The notes: generated by a model not told the origin, from the letters alone. A DNA stretch of 64,000 nucleotides from an uncultured Thermoleophilia bacterium (GCA_963696935.1 CAVOMB010000049.1:9867-73866); one strand, 5' to 3'; positions 18,828-29,738 are shown, counted from the stretch's first letter. Numbers and translations: made by a program.

Positions 18828-20488
18828 TGGCCGCCTCCGTCGTCGGCGACCGCGGCCCGCCCGGAGCCGCCGGGCTCTCCGCCGGCGTCGGGCGCCGGCT
18901 GCGGGCGTGTCGCCTCAGCCGGCGCGTCGCCGGTGTCGATGAGCTTGTCGACGGCGGGTCCCCAGTTGAAGCGGCTCTGGCTGGTCTGCGCGTGCAGCCC
19001 GTCGATCGTGTTCCGCGCCGTGGTGATCAGCGGCTGCGGCCAGAAGCCCAGCAGCACCAGCGCGACGATCATGCTGGAGAACATGCCGACCTCGAGCTTC
19101 GTCAGGTCGGCGAACTTCAGGTTGTGCGTCTCCTCGCCTTGGAACGCGCGCTGCATCATCCAGAGGGCGTAGACGGTGGCGAACACCAGGCCGACGGCGC
19201 CGAGCACCGCGGCCCAATGGCTCACCTGCCACACGCCGACGAGGATGAGGAACTCGGCGACGAAGTTGCCCAAGCCCGGCAGGCCGAGCGAGGCCATGGC
19301 GAAGAACATGGCCGTGCCGCCCATCCGGGGCGCTACCTGCCAGAGCCCGCCCATCTTGCGCATGTCGCGGGTGTGGATGCGGTCCTGCAGCCCCCCGACC
19401 AGGATGAAGAGGGCGCCGGTACTGAGGGCGTGACAGACGAGCTCCAGGATCACGCCCTGCAGCGCCCAGGTGTTCCAGGCGAAGATCCCGATGAGCGCGA
19501 AGCCCATGTGGCTGACGCTGGTGTACGCGACCAGCCGCTTGAGGTCGGTCTGGGCGTAGGCCATCAGGGCGCCGTAGATGATGCCGACCACGCCGAGGAC
19601 CAGCGCCCAGAAGCGGAACTCGTAGGCGGCGCCGGGGAACAGCGGCACCATGAAGCGGATCATCCCGTAGGCGCCGATCTTGATGAGCACGCCGGCCAGC
19701 AGCACGGAGCCGGCGGTCGGCGCGTCGGTGTGGGCGTCCGGCAGCCAGGTGTGCAGCGGCCACGCCGGCAGCTTGACGGCGAAGGCGGCGAAGAAGCCGA
19801 GCATGAGCAGCATCGCCGTCGTCGGGCTCATGACGGTGCCCAGCAGCTGCGTGTAGTCGAAGGTGTACACCCCGGTCGCGCGTCCGTGGATGAACATCAG
19901 CGCGACGATCGCGACCAGCATGAGCAGGCCGCTCACCTGGGTGAAGATGAAGAACTTGATGGCCGAGTGCACGCGCCGCCCGTGGCCCCACACGACGATG
20001 AGGAAGTACATCGGGATGAGCATCATCTCGAAGAAGAAGTAGAAGAGGAACAGGTCGAGCGAGAGGAACACGCCGGCTAGTCCGGCCACCGTCCACAGGA
20101 TCATCAGGTGGAACACGCCGACCTTGTCGGTGATGCCGCGCCAGGAGCAGAGCACGGCCAGCAGGCCGAGGCCGAACGTGAGCAGCAGCATGATGAGGGT
20201 GAGGCCGTCGGCGGCCAGGAAGTAGCTGATGCCGAGCGACGGGATCCAGTCGACCTTGACGTGGGCGAGCCAGGAGCCGGCCGCCGCTCCGGCCGGGCCG
20301 GCCCCCTTCGCCACGAAGTCGCCGCGCAGTTCGCCGGCGTTCGCGATCCACTGGACGACCAGAAGCACGAGCGGGACGGCCGTCCCCAGCACCGCCGTCC
20401 AGCGTGCCAGCAGCGGGTTCGAGCGGCCGAGCAGCCAGGCGAGCGGCGCGAGGGCCGCCGGGATGAGGATGTAGAGGGTCAGCAGCAC
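18824..20488 (-). CDS. nuoM: NADH-quinone oxidoreductase subunit M
   Basis: FFEMMLIP, PLHTWLPDAH, KRLVAYTSVSHMG. Confidence 0.95.
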   Translation of the reverse strand: MLLTLYILIPAALAPLAWLLGRSNPLLARWTAVLGTAVPLVLLVVQWIANAGELRGDFVAKGAGPAGAAAGSWLAHVKVDWIPSLGISYFLAADGLTLIMLLLTFGLGLLAVLCSWRGITDKVGVFHLMILWTVAGLAGVFLSLDLFLFYFFFEMMLIPMYFLIVVWGHGRRVHSAIKFFIFTQVSGLLMLVAIVALMFIHGRATGVYTFDYTQLLGTVMSPTTAMLLMLGFFAAFAVKLPAWPLHTWLPDAHTDAPTAGSVLLAGVLIKIGAYGMIRFMVPLFPGAAYEFRFWALVLGVVGIIYGALMAYAQTDLKRLVAYTSVSHMGFALIGIFAWNTWALQGVILELVCHALSTGALFILVGGLQDRIHTRDMRKMGGLWQVAPRMGGTAMFFAMASLGLPGLGNFVAEFLILVGVWQVSHWAAVLGAVGLVFATVYALWMMQRAFQGEETHNLKFADLTKLEVGMFSSMIVALVLLGFWPQPLITTARNTIDGLHAQTSQSRFNWGPAVDKLIDTGDAPAEATRPQPAPDAGGEPGGSGRAAVADDGGGQ

Positions 20489-20492
20489 GGCG

Positions 20493-22391
20493 TCACCTCA
20501 GCACCGCGACGGCGAGGACGAGGACGATGCCGAAGCCGGCGAAGGCCACGTAGCCGCGCAGGCGCCCGTTCTGGCCCGAGCTCAGGCCGCTCCAGGCGGC
20601 CACGTTGAGCCAGGCGATGCCGCGCACGGCGTAGTCCACGACGTCGTGGCGGCCCGCGTGCGCCAGCCACCTGATGGGCCGCACGAACACGCGCTCGTAG
20701 AGCCAGTCGAAGCCCCAGCCGCCGAGCCAGTAGGCGGCCAGCGGCCGGACGACCGGCGAGGCTCCGAACGCCTCCGTCCTCTGACGCCAGGGGATCCAGA
20801 GCAGCCAGGCGATGCCGATACCCACCGCCACGACGAGGATGGTGACGAACGCCCCGCCAGTGCCGTCGGCGAAGGCCGCGTATCTGCCCGTCAGCTCGAG
20901 TTGCGGCAGCGCTGTGCTCAGGAAGGTCTCGAGCGGGTGGAACCCGCTCACCCAGCCCGGCATCCACACGAGGCCGCTGACGATCGACAGGGCCGCGAGG
21001 ACGTACAGCGGCACCAGTTGCCGCCGGTGTGGATGCCGTGTGACCTCGGTGTGGCGCTCGCCGAAGAAGACGATGAAGACCAGCCGGAACGAGTACAGCA
21101 CAGTCACGAACGCGCCCACCAGGGAGGCGACGTAGAACCACAGGCTCCCGTCCACGGACCCGAGGCTCGTGGCGATGATGAGGTCCTTGCTGTAGAAGCC
21201 GTCGGTGACGAACGGCAGCGCCGCAAGGGCGGCGGCGCCGATGGTGAACGTCCAGAACACGGCGGGCATCTCGCGGGCCAGCCCGCCCATCTTGAAGATG
21301 TCGTGCTCGTCGTCGAGCGCCTCGATGATCACGCCGGCGGCGAGGAAGAGCAGGGCCTTGAAGAAGGCGTGCGTCATGAAGTGGAACACGCCCGCCTCCC
21401 AGCCGGACACGCCGAGCGCCAGGAACATGTAGCCGATCTGGCTGATGGTCGAGTAGGCCAGCGCGCGTTTGAGGTCGTGCTGGACGAGCGCGCTGAAGCC
21501 GGCGATGACCAGGGTCACCGTGCCGACGATCGCGACGATGAGCCGCGCGTCCGGAGCAAGTGCGAAGAGCACGTTGGTGCGCGCGATGAGGTATACGCCG
21601 GCGGTGACCATGGTCGCGGCGTGGATGAGCGCGCTGACCGGCGAAGGGCCGGCCATGGCGTCCGGGAGCCACGTCTGCAGCGGCACCTGCGCCGACTTGC
21701 CAGCCGCGCCGCCGAGGATCAGGAGCGCGGCGGCGACGGCCACCGCCGAGCCGGGCACGAAGTGGTCCTGCGCGGCCTGGAGCATGGGCTGGATCTGCAG
21801 CGTGCCCAGCTGGGTGAACAACAGGAACAGCCCGGCGATCAGCGCCGTGTCTCCCACGCGGGTGACGATGAACGCCTTGCGGCCGCTGTACACGTTCTGC
21901 GGGTCCTTCTGCCAGAACGAGATCAGCAGGTAGCTGCAGAGGCCCACGCCCTCCCAGCCGAGGTACAGGAGCAGCAGGTTGTCGGCGAGCACCAGGACCA
22001 GCATCGAGGCGACGAAGAGGTTCAGGTACATGAAGAAGCGGGTGAAGCCCTCGTCGTGCTCCATGTGCTCGGTGGAGTACATGTGGATGAGGAAGCCGAC
22101 GAACGTGATGACCAGCACCCAGATGACGCTGACGGCGTCGAGGTAGAAGCCGATGTTGGGGGCGAAGCCGTCGACGTCCATCCAGGTCCACAGGACCTGG
22201 TGGTACGCGTCGCCGGCCGGCGGTGAGACGATGAAGCCGCCGCAGACGAGCAGGGCGACCAGCGCCGCGAGGCCGACGGACCCGGCGCCGATCCAGGCCG
22301 CGGCAGTGCGGCTGAGCCGCCGGTTCAGCAGCGTGAGCAGCAGGAAGCCGGCGGCGGGGAGCGCGGGGATGAGCCACAGCAGCGACAGCAT
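20493..22391 (-). CDS. nuoL: NADH-quinone oxidoreductase subunit L
   Basis: GWEGVG, KSAQVPLQTWLPDAMAGP, HAFFKALLFL. Confidence 0.95.
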   Translation of the reverse strand: MLSLLWLIPALPAAGFLLLTLLNRRLSRTAAAWIGAGSVGLAALVALLVCGGFIVSPPAGDAYHQVLWTWMDVDGFAPNIGFYLDAVSVIWVLVITFVGFLIHMYSTEHMEHDEGFTRFFMYLNLFVASMLVLVLADNLLLLYLGWEGVGLCSYLLISFWQKDPQNVYSGRKAFIVTRVGDTALIAGLFLLFTQLGTLQIQPMLQAAQDHFVPGSAVAVAAALLILGGAAGKSAQVPLQTWLPDAMAGPSPVSALIHAATMVTAGVYLIARTNVLFALAPDARLIVAIVGTVTLVIAGFSALVQHDLKRALAYSTISQIGYMFLALGVSGWEAGVFHFMTHAFFKALLFLAAGVIIEALDDEHDIFKMGGLAREMPAVFWTFTIGAAALAALPFVTDGFYSKDLIIATSLGSVDGSLWFYVASLVGAFVTVLYSFRLVFIVFFGERHTEVTRHPHRRQLVPLYVLAALSIVSGLVWMPGWVSGFHPLETFLSTALPQLELTGRYAAFADGTGGAFVTILVVAVGIGIAWLLWIPWRQRTEAFGASPVVRPLAAYWLGGWGFDWLYERVFVRPIRWLAHAGRHDVVDYAVRGIAWLNVAAWSGLSSGQNGRLRGYVAFAGFGIVLVLAVAVLR

Positions 22392-22392
22392 C

Positions 22393-22701
22393 TCAGCCCT
22401 TCATCTCGTCGGCGTCGTCCACGTCGAGGCTCTGGAGCGACTGGCGGAAGCGGATGGCGATGGCGAGGCCGACGGCTACCTCCGCCGCGGCCATCGCCAG
22501 CACGAACAGGAACATGACCTGGCCGTCGGCCTGGCCCCAGCGCGCGCCGGCGGCGACGAAGGCGAGCCCGGCGGCGTTCAGCATGATCTCGATGCAGGCC
22601 AGCACGACGATGAGGTTGCGGCGCGCCAGCAGGCCGGCGAAGCCGATGGCGAAGAGGATCGCCGCGAGCACGAGGGCGTGGTTCAGGGAGACGGCGGCCA
22701 T
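22393..22701 (-). CDS. nuoK: NADH-quinone oxidoreductase subunit K
   Basis: RRNLI..EIMLNA, AAAEVAVGL. Confidence 0.95.
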   Translation of the reverse strand: MAAVSLNHALVLAAILFAIGFAGLLARRNLIVVLACIEIMLNAAGLAFVAAGARWGQADGQVMFLFVLAMAAAEVAVGLAIAIRFRQSLQSLDVDDADEMKG

Positions 22702-23279
22702 CAGGCCTCGCCTTTTCCGGTGGGCTCGCCGTGCTCGGTCGGCAGGAGCTCGTCGCCGGACCTGCCGCGCCGGAGCTCGTAAGCCTCCCGCTCCTCGGCC
22801 TCGTCGCGGGCGCGCGCCGCCACGTGGCGCGCGCCGACCAGCGCGGCCAGCAGCAGCATGGAGGCGAGCTCCACGCCGAGCACGTAGGGGCCGTAGAGCG
22901 CTTCGCTGACGGCCCCCGGCCCGACCTCGTGGCCGGCGAGCGGTTGTGAGACCCGCGTGAGCCCGTAGACCAGCTCGGCGAGCAGCACGACCACCAGGAT
23001 GCCCGGCCCCACCCAGGCCCAGCCGGGCACCTTGACCGGCGAGTCGGCGCGCACGTTGAGGAGCATCACGGCGAAGAGGAACAGCATCATGATGGCGCCG
23101 GCGTAGACGATCACCTCGAGCGCCGCCACGAACGGCGCGCCCAGCGTGTAGAAGACCACCGCCACGGCGAACAGCGACACGACCAGGTAGATGAGCGCGT
23201 GCACGAGGTTGGTACGCGTGACCACCATGAGCGTACTGAGCACGGCCACCACCGCGGCGATGTAGAACAGGACCGTCAC
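22701..23279 (-). CDS. nuoJ: NADH-quinone oxidoreductase subunit J
   Basis: [19 protein letters not shown]; GTG start overlaps the nuoI stop. Confidence 0.93.
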   Translation of the reverse strand: MTVLFYIAAVVAVLSTLMVVTRTNLVHALIYLVVSLFAVAVVFYTLGAPFVAALEVIVYAGAIMMLFLFAVMLLNVRADSPVKVPGWAWVGPGILVVVLLAELVYGLTRVSQPLAGHEVGPGAVSEALYGPYVLGVELASMLLLAALVGARHVAARARDEAEEREAYELRRGRSGDELLPTEHGEPTGKGEA

Positions 23280-23926
23280 GGCAGCAGCCCCCGGACGTCC
23301 GTGGGCGGCGCCTCGTTCTCGGCCTCGCCCTTGCCTTTGCCGCCGACGGCCAGGCCGGCCACCCGGTAGAAGTCGTGCTCGTGATACTTGCCGGGTCCGC
23401 TGATCAGCAAGTCCTCCTTCTCGTACACCATGTTGGGACGCTCGTACTCGCTCATCTCCACGTCCGCGGTGAGCTGGATCGCGTAGGTGGGGCACGCGTC
23501 CTCGCAGAAGCCGCAGAAGATGCACCGCGAGAAGTTGATGCGGAACCACTCGGGGTACCGTCGCCCTGTTTCGTCCTCGGTGGCCTGGAGGGCGATGCAG
23601 TCCACCGGGCAGGCGGCGGAGCACAGGTAGCAGGCCACGCAGCGCTCGTTGCCGTCGGGGTCGCGGGAGAGGATGATGCGCCCCCGGTAGCGCGGTGGCA
23701 GGTAGGTCATCTCCTCGGGGTACTGCACCGTGTCGCGGCTGCGCCAGGAGTGGCTGATCACGATGCCGATGCCGACGAGTGTGGACCACACGGTGCGCCC
23801 GATGCGCGGGATCAGCGACTGGTTGCGGCGCGCCAGGCCGCCCACCGTGACCACGTCGGTGGTCAGCGGCGGGTGAGTCTCCACCGGGGTCTGCGGCCGC
23901 AGCGGCCTCGGGCGGTCGGGGGTCAT
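23276..23926 (-). CDS. nuoI: NADH-quinone oxidoreductase subunit I
   Basis: Two 4Fe-4S motifs: [12 protein letters not shown] and [12 protein letters not shown]. Confidence 0.95.
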   Translation of the reverse strand: MTPDRPRPLRPQTPVETHPPLTTDVVTVGGLARRNQSLIPRIGRTVWSTLVGIGIVISHSWRSRDTVQYPEEMTYLPPRYRGRIILSRDPDGNERCVACYLCSAACPVDCIALQATEDETGRRYPEWFRINFSRCIFCGFCEDACPTYAIQLTADVEMSEYERPNMVYEKEDLLISGPGKYHEHDFYRVAGLAVGGKGKGEAENEAPPTDVRGLLP

Positions 23927-23930
23927 GCCG

Positions 23931-24953
23931 TCACCCCGCCCTCGCCACGACGATCGCGCCGGTGACCAGCAGGTTGAGCAGGCTGAGCGGCAGCATCGCC
24001 TTCCATCCCAGGGCCATGAGCTGGTCGTACCGCGGCCGTGGGAAGGTGCCGCGGACCACGATGAACAGCGTGATGAACACGAAGGTCTTGAGGAGGAACC
24101 AGATTACGCCCGGCAGCCACGGGCCCAGCCAGCCGCCGAAGAACAGGGTGACGATCAGCGCGGAGATGAGCGTGATGGCCACGTACTCGCCGACCATGAA
24201 CAGGCCGAACTTCATGCCCGAGTACTCGGTGTGGTAGCCGGCGACGAGCTCGCTCTCCGCCTCCGCGAGGTCGAACGGGATGCGCCGCGTCTCGGCGAAC
24301 CCGGCCACGAGGAAGACCACGAAGCCGATGAACTGCGGGAACACGTAGTACACGCTGCGCTGCTGCGCCTGGACGATCTCCGAGAGGTTGAACGACCCGG
24401 CCAGGGTCACGACGCCGATGAGCGACAGGCCCATGAAGACCTCATAGCTCACCATCTGCGCCGCGGCGCGCAGTCCGCCGACCAGCGAGTACTTGCTGCG
24501 CGACGACCAGCCGGCGAGCACGACGCTGTACACGGCGATCGACGACATGGCGAGGATGAACAGGAGGCCGACGTTGACGTCCAGCACTACCCAGCCCTCC
24601 GCCACCGGTATGACCATGAAGGAGAGGAGCGCCGTGATCAGCACCAGGGACGGCGCGACCACGAACACCCGCCGGTCGGAGAACGGCGGCACCCAGTCCT
24701 CCTTGAAGAGGATCTTGAAGGTGTCGGCCAGCACCTGGAGCAGGCCGGCCGGGCCGACCCGGTTGGGACCATAGCGGTCCTGGACCAGGCTGAGCAGCCG
24801 GCGCTCGTACCAGATCAGGCCGGCGGCGATGGTGAACACGACGATCAGCACGCCGAGGGTGACCAGCAGTTGCCAGTACCACTGCGTGACGGCGAGGAGC
24901 CGGAAGGGGGCGGGCACGCGGATGAGGCCGGCGGCCGTCGCGGCGGCGCTCAT
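23931..24953 (-). CDS. nuoH: NADH-quinone oxidoreductase subunit H
   Basis: [34 protein letters not shown]. Confidence 0.95.
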   Translation of the reverse strand: MSAAATAAGLIRVPAPFRLLAVTQWYWQLLVTLGVLIVVFTIAAGLIWYERRLLSLVQDRYGPNRVGPAGLLQVLADTFKILFKEDWVPPFSDRRVFVVAPSLVLITALLSFMVIPVAEGWVVLDVNVGLLFILAMSSIAVYSVVLAGWSSRSKYSLVGGLRAAAQMVSYEVFMGLSLIGVVTLAGSFNLSEIVQAQQRSVYYVFPQFIGFVVFLVAGFAETRRIPFDLAEAESELVAGYHTEYSGMKFGLFMVGEYVAITLISALIVTLFFGGWLGPWLPGVIWFLLKTFVFITLFIVVRGTFPRPRYDQLMALGWKAMLPLSLLNLLVTGAIVVARAG

Positions 24954-27886
24954 GACGCCTCCTCGACCCTGGTCAGGCGCACGCGCGCCGGGAGCGAGAT
25001 GTAGGGAAGGCCGGGCAGGCCGCAGGGCAGCCCGGCCGTCCCGTCGACCAGCGACGGCAGGATCTTCAGCGGCGCACGCGCGTCCATCCACGGCAGCCAC
25101 AGCTCGAGCAGCTCGTCCTCGCGCGCGCCGAGCCGCTCCGCGTCCGCGGCGTTGAGCGCGATGTACGGCGCCGGGGCAAGCTCGCGGATGCCCGGCGTGT
25201 ACATGCTGAGCTGCTCGGAGCCGAAGATGTGGTGCATCGGGACGAGCACGAAGTCGCCCGGCTCCCGGGGCGCGAAGCGCGCCGGCGCCTGGACGGTCGG
25301 GAGCTCGCGCTCCGGCGAGTCGTCGAGGACGCGGACGCCCGAGTGGCGCGCGGGGCCGAGCGCCTCGAGCTCCTCGCCGAACTTGTGCAGGCCGTTGCTC
25401 GAGTTCCAGCCCGGCCACCAGGTGCGGGTGCGCAGCGCCTCGGGCGCGTTCTGGGGCTGCAGGCCCTCGACGGAGTAGGCGAGCGCCGAGTCGGGGTCGG
25501 GCGTCGGCGCCGGCTCGAAGACGGTGCGGTCGGCGTCGAGGGCGGTGCGCCCGCTCCAGCGCAGCGGCTGGCGGGCGACCTTGCGCCCGTCCTGCCGCCA
25601 GCCGGCGGCGGGCGCAGCCGCGGCGACGCCGCGGAACCGCGGCAGCTCCATCTCGAGCGCCGCGAGCACGTCGTCGGGTGTCTTCCACCCGCGTGCCTCG
25701 CGCACGCCCAGGCGCACGGCCAGATCGCGGAGCCAGCGCCATGCGGGGCGGACCTCGTCGCGCGGCGCGAGCGCCGCGAAGTAGCGCTGCGCGCGCCCCT
25801 CGTGGCTGACGTAGGTGCCCGTCTCTTCGGCGAAGGTGGCGATGGGCAGCACGACGTCGGCCTGCGTAGCCACCTCGTCCTCGAGCGTCGCCAGCGAGAC
25901 CAGGAGCGGGCGCCGGCGCAGGAGGTCGTGCACGAGCAGCGCCGGCGCGCGGCGCCGCAGGTCGTTGTCGAGCACGACGACGACCTCGGCCTCGCCGCGT
26001 GCCACGGCGGCCAGACCTTGCACCAGGCTGCCGCCGCCGAGCAGGCGCAGGCCCAAGCTGTCCGGTTCGGGCACGGTGAGCACGAGCGTCGCCGGTCCGC
26101 CGGCGTCGCCCGCCGTCGCGCGGCGGAGCGCCACGGCGAGCTGAGCCGCCGCCCGCAGCAGCTCCGCGGACCCGCTCGAGCAGCCGGACACCACCATCGG
26201 CGCCGCGCCGGAGGTGAGCGCGGCAGCCCAGCGCTGCGCCAGCTCCCGCTCGTCTTCGCCGAGGTCCGGCACGGCCGGCTGCGCATCGTCCACCTCGCGC
26301 GCTATGGCCAGCGCCAGTCGCACGAGGTCGTCCGGCGCCGCGCGATGCGCTTCGGCGGCGACCGCGTCGAGCCGGGTGCCGTGCGTCGTCGCGATCCACA
26401 GGGCGCTGGGCTCACGGCGCTTGATGCGCGTGATGCCGGCGTCGTTCCAGCGGCGGATGTGGTTGCGCTCCTCCACCACGTTGGGACGCAGGTGCAGCCA
26501 GGTGCGGACGGTCAGGTCGAGCATCGGCGCGGTGCCGGTGAGGTCCTCGCCGAGGACGAGGACGGCGGTGGCGCCGGCGATGTCGGCTGCCGACCCCAGC
26601 CGCAGGCGCGGGTCGGCAGCCACGTCCAGCACGGCGCCTGTGAGGCGGTCGTCGGCGTCGGACATGCCGAGGTGGAAGTTGGCCGGCCCGACCAGCGTGC
26701 GCAGCGCGTAGTTGGCCTCGAGCGACGCGCGCGGCGAGCCGATGCCGACGGCGCGGCGGCCGCGCAGCAGCCCCGCCGCCGCGTCGAGCGCGAGCTCGCC
26801 GCTGAGCACGGCGGCCGCGCCTCCGGCCTGGCCGCCGGTCAGCTGCGGCGCCAGGCCCTCGTGCCGGGCGCCGAGCTCCTGCGCCTCCGCCTCGGTCGGC
26901 GCCTCCGCGGCCGTGACCGGCAGATCCTCGAGGCCCGTCTCGGGCAGCGCGGGCCGCTCTGAGTCGGGCTGCGGAGGCAGCAGCGCCGGAGCCACGCGCG
27001 CCGCGCACACCCGCTCCGGCGCGTTCACGAACTCGAACCCGAACCGCCCGCGGTCGCAGAGGAACATCTTGTTGACGTCGCGGTTGAAGCGGCTGAGCAT
27101 GCGGCGCAGCTCGCCGTACCGCGCCGACGGGTACGTGGTGCAGCCGAGCCCGCAGTTGGGGCACACCGACGGTGCGCTCTGCAGGTCCCACTTGCGCGAG
27201 TACCGGTGCGAGAACGGCTTGTCGTCGAACACGCCGGTCGGGCACACCTCGATGAGGTTGCCGCTGAACTCGCTCTCCAGCGTGCCGCTCTCGGCGCGGC
27301 CGAAGTACACCTGGTTGCGCAGGCCGAACACGCCGAAGTCGCGGCCGCCGGCGTAGTCGTTGTAGAAGCGCGTGCAGCGGTAGCAGGTGATGCAGCGATT
27401 GAGCTCGTGGGTGACGAACGGTCCCAGGTCCTGGTTCTCGAACGTCCGCTTGCGGCCGCGGTACCGCCGATAGCTGTGGCCGGTCATCACCGTCATGTCT
27501 TGCAGGTGGCACTCGCCGCCCTCGTCGCACACCGGGCAATCGTGGGGGTGGCTGGTCATCATCAGCTCGATCATCTCGGCACGGAAGCGGACCGCCTCGG
27601 GGTCGAAGATGTCGATGCGGGTGCCCTGCTGCGCCTCGGTCATGCAGGCCATGGCGATCTCGCTCTTCTCGTTGCCGTCGCGGTCGGTCCAGTACAGGCG
27701 CACGGCGCACTGGCGGCAGGCGCCGATGGATCCCAGCAGCGGGTGCCAGCAGAAGAACGGCAGGTCGAAGCCGAGCGAGAGGGCGACGTCGAGCATGTTG
27801 CGGCCCTCTTCGGCCTGGTACTCGGCGCCGTCGATGATGACGGTGACGACCTTGGGCGCCGCGCCGTGTCCGTCGGCGGCGCTCAC
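24950..27886 (-). CDS. nuoG: NADH-quinone oxidoreductase subunit G (with N7 cluster motif)
   Basis: CWHP..GACRQC, HPHDCPVCDEGGEC, CITCYRC, CPNCGLGC..CDRGR. Confidence 0.95.
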   Translation of the reverse strand: MSAADGHGAAPKVVTVIIDGAEYQAEEGRNMLDVALSLGFDLPFFCWHPLLGSIGACRQCAVRLYWTDRDGNEKSEIAMACMTEAQQGTRIDIFDPEAVRFRAEMIELMMTSHPHDCPVCDEGGECHLQDMTVMTGHSYRRYRGRKRTFENQDLGPFVTHELNRCITCYRCTRFYNDYAGGRDFGVFGLRNQVYFGRAESGTLESEFSGNLIEVCPTGVFDDKPFSHRYSRKWDLQSAPSVCPNCGLGCTTYPSARYGELRRMLSRFNRDVNKMFLCDRGRFGFEFVNAPERVCAARVAPALLPPQPDSERPALPETGLEDLPVTAAEAPTEAEAQELGARHEGLAPQLTGGQAGGAAAVLSGELALDAAAGLLRGRRAVGIGSPRASLEANYALRTLVGPANFHLGMSDADDRLTGAVLDVAADPRLRLGSAADIAGATAVLVLGEDLTGTAPMLDLTVRTWLHLRPNVVEERNHIRRWNDAGITRIKRREPSALWIATTHGTRLDAVAAEAHRAAPDDLVRLALAIAREVDDAQPAVPDLGEDERELAQRWAAALTSGAAPMVVSGCSSGSAELLRAAAQLAVALRRATAGDAGGPATLVLTVPEPDSLGLRLLGGGSLVQGLAAVARGEAEVVVVLDNDLRRRAPALLVHDLLRRRPLLVSLATLEDEVATQADVVLPIATFAEETGTYVSHEGRAQRYFAALAPRDEVRPAWRWLRDLAVRLGVREARGWKTPDDVLAALEMELPRFRGVAAAAPAAGWRQDGRKVARQPLRWSGRTALDADRTVFEPAPTPDPDSALAYSVEGLQPQNAPEALRTRTWWPGWNSSNGLHKFGEELEALGPARHSGVRVLDDSPERELPTVQAPARFAPREPGDFVLVPMHHIFGSEQLSMYTPGIRELAPAPYIALNAADAERLGAREDELLELWLPWMDARAPLKILPSLVDGTAGLPCGLPGLPYISLPARVRLTRVEEAS

Positions 27887-29274
27887 CAGGTCGTCCCCTC
27901 TTGCGCCGGCGCGTCGGAGCCGCGGAGCCGGTAGTGGCAGCCGCCGTCCTCGATGTGGCGCCCGAAGTCGTCGGCGAACAGGCGCAGCGCGCTCTCCAGC
28001 GGCTGGGTGGCGCCCGGCGCGAGGTCGCAGAAGCACTTGTCCGACTGCATGAACCAGACGCTCTCGGCGAGGACCTCGACGTCGCCGGGCTGCCCGCGCC
28101 CGTACTCGATGTCCTCGAGCAGCGAGGCCGCCCACTGCAGCCCCTCGCGGCACGGCGTGCACCAGCCGCACGATTCCTGGGCGAAGAACTGCAGCATGTT
28201 GGTGACCATACCGACGGGGCAGGTCTGGTCGTCGAGCAGCACGAGGGTGCCGGTGCCCAGGCGGCTCTGCACCTGGCCCATGGTGGCGAAGCCGAGGGGC
28301 ACGTCGATCTTATCGGCGGGGACGAAGAACGTGGAGGCGCCGCCCGGGCTGACGGCGCGCAGCTCGTACCCGGGCAGCATGCCGCCGGCGTGCACCTCGA
28401 TGAGCTCCCGCATCGGGGTCCCCATAGGGAGCTCCCAGCAGCCGGTGAAGTGGGTGCGGCCGGCGACGCCGAAGATCTTGGTGCCGCCCTCGTCGGTCAC
28501 CGAGAGGCCCTTCCACCAATCGGGGCCGTGCCGCACGATCCCGGGCACGGCCATGAAGCTCTCTACGTTGTTGACGACGGTCGGCCGCGAGAACAGGCCG
28601 GCGCCGGTCATGTGCGGCGGGCGGGCGCGCGGGTTGGGGCGCTGGCTCTCCAGCGCGTTGAGCATGGCGCTCGCCTCTCCGCAGATGTACCGGCCGATGC
28701 TCGTGTGCAGCTCGATGTCGAAGGAGAAGCCCGAGCCGAGCACGTCCTCGCCGAGGTAGCCCGCCTCGCGCGCCTCGGCGACTGCGTCCTCCAGCGCGCG
28801 CTGCGCGCTCTGGTACTGGTCGCGCAGGAAGATGTAGCCCTCGTCGGACTCGGTGGCGAACCCGGCCAGCAGCATGCCCTCGAGCAACAGGTGCGGGTTC
28901 CGCTCGATGAGGAACCGGTCCTTGAAGCTGCCGGGCTCCATCTCGTCGCCGTTGCAGACGATGTACTTGGGCCGCGGCGCGTCGCGGCCGAGCGGCATGG
29001 TGCTCCACTTGCGCCCGGTGGCGTAGCCGGCGCCGCCGCGGCCGCGCAGGCCCGACTCGGTCACCAGCGTGGTGACGTCGCTGGGCATCTCCGACGTCTC
29101 CACCATGGCGGTGACCTCTTCGGGCCTGAGGCCGGAGACGGCCCGGCGCAGGGCCTCGTAGCCGCCGGCCGCGACGTAGTCGTCGAGCGTGGCCGGCCGG
29201 CCGTCGGCGCGCATGGCGCGCGTGAACGGCCGGTCCTCGGCCGGCGCGCCCGGGGGCACGAAGGCGGGGCTCAC
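27883..29274 (-). CDS. nuoF: NADH-quinone oxidoreductase subunit F with atypical nucleotide-binding pocket
   Basis: GRGGAGY, NGDEMEPG, YICGEASA, ESCGWCTPCREG. Confidence 0.95.
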   Translation of the reverse strand: MSPAFVPPGAPAEDRPFTRAMRADGRPATLDDYVAAGGYEALRRAVSGLRPEEVTAMVETSEMPSDVTTLVTESGLRGRGGAGYATGRKWSTMPLGRDAPRPKYIVCNGDEMEPGSFKDRFLIERNPHLLLEGMLLAGFATESDEGYIFLRDQYQSAQRALEDAVAEAREAGYLGEDVLGSGFSFDIELHTSIGRYICGEASAMLNALESQRPNPRARPPHMTGAGLFSRPTVVNNVESFMAVPGIVRHGPDWWKGLSVTDEGGTKIFGVAGRTHFTGCWELPMGTPMRELIEVHAGGMLPGYELRAVSPGGASTFFVPADKIDVPLGFATMGQVQSRLGTGTLVLLDDQTCPVGMVTNMLQFFAQESCGWCTPCREGLQWAASLLEDIEYGRGQPGDVEVLAESVWFMQSDKCFCDLAPGATQPLESALRLFADDFGRHIEDGGCHYRLRGSDAPAQEGTTW

Positions 29275-29738
29275 GCGTAGCCTCCGAGGAGGGCGGGCAC
29301 GTCGGCCGCAGCCACGGGTCCGTGCAGGTCGTCGTCGACCATGAGCGCCGGACCGCGGTCGCAGGCGCCGAGGCAGACGATGGGGAGCAGGGTGAACCGG
29401 CCGTCCGCCGTGGTCTGCCCCATGCCGACGCCGAGCTCCGCCTCGACGGCGGCGCGCAGCTCGGCGTAGCCCAGGCTCCAGCAGGCGAAGCTGTCGCAGA
29501 CGAGCACGATGTGCCGGCCGACCGGCTTGCGGAAGATCATGTTGCCGAAGGTCGCGATGCCGTCGAGCTCCGCGACCGTGACGCCGAGGTACGCGCCCAG
29601 GTCGGCGAGCGCCTCGTCCGAGAGCCAGCGCCGCCGCGCCTGCAGGATGCGCATGGCGGTCGCGGCGGCCGCCCGCCTGTCCGGGTAGTGCCCCAGGATA
29701 CCGTCCAGCCGGCGGATCTCGTCGTCGGTGAGGCTCAT
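29271..29738 (-). CDS. nuoE: NADH-quinone oxidoreductase subunit E
   Basis: CDSFAC..CLGACD 2Fe-2S motif. Confidence 0.94.
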   Translation of the reverse strand: MSLTDDEIRRLDGILGHYPDRRAAAATAMRILQARRRWLSDEALADLGAYLGVTVAELDGIATFGNMIFRKPVGRHIVLVCDSFACWSLGYAELRAAVEAELGVGMGQTTADGRFTLLPIVCLGACDRGPALMVDDDLHGPVAAADVPALLGGYA

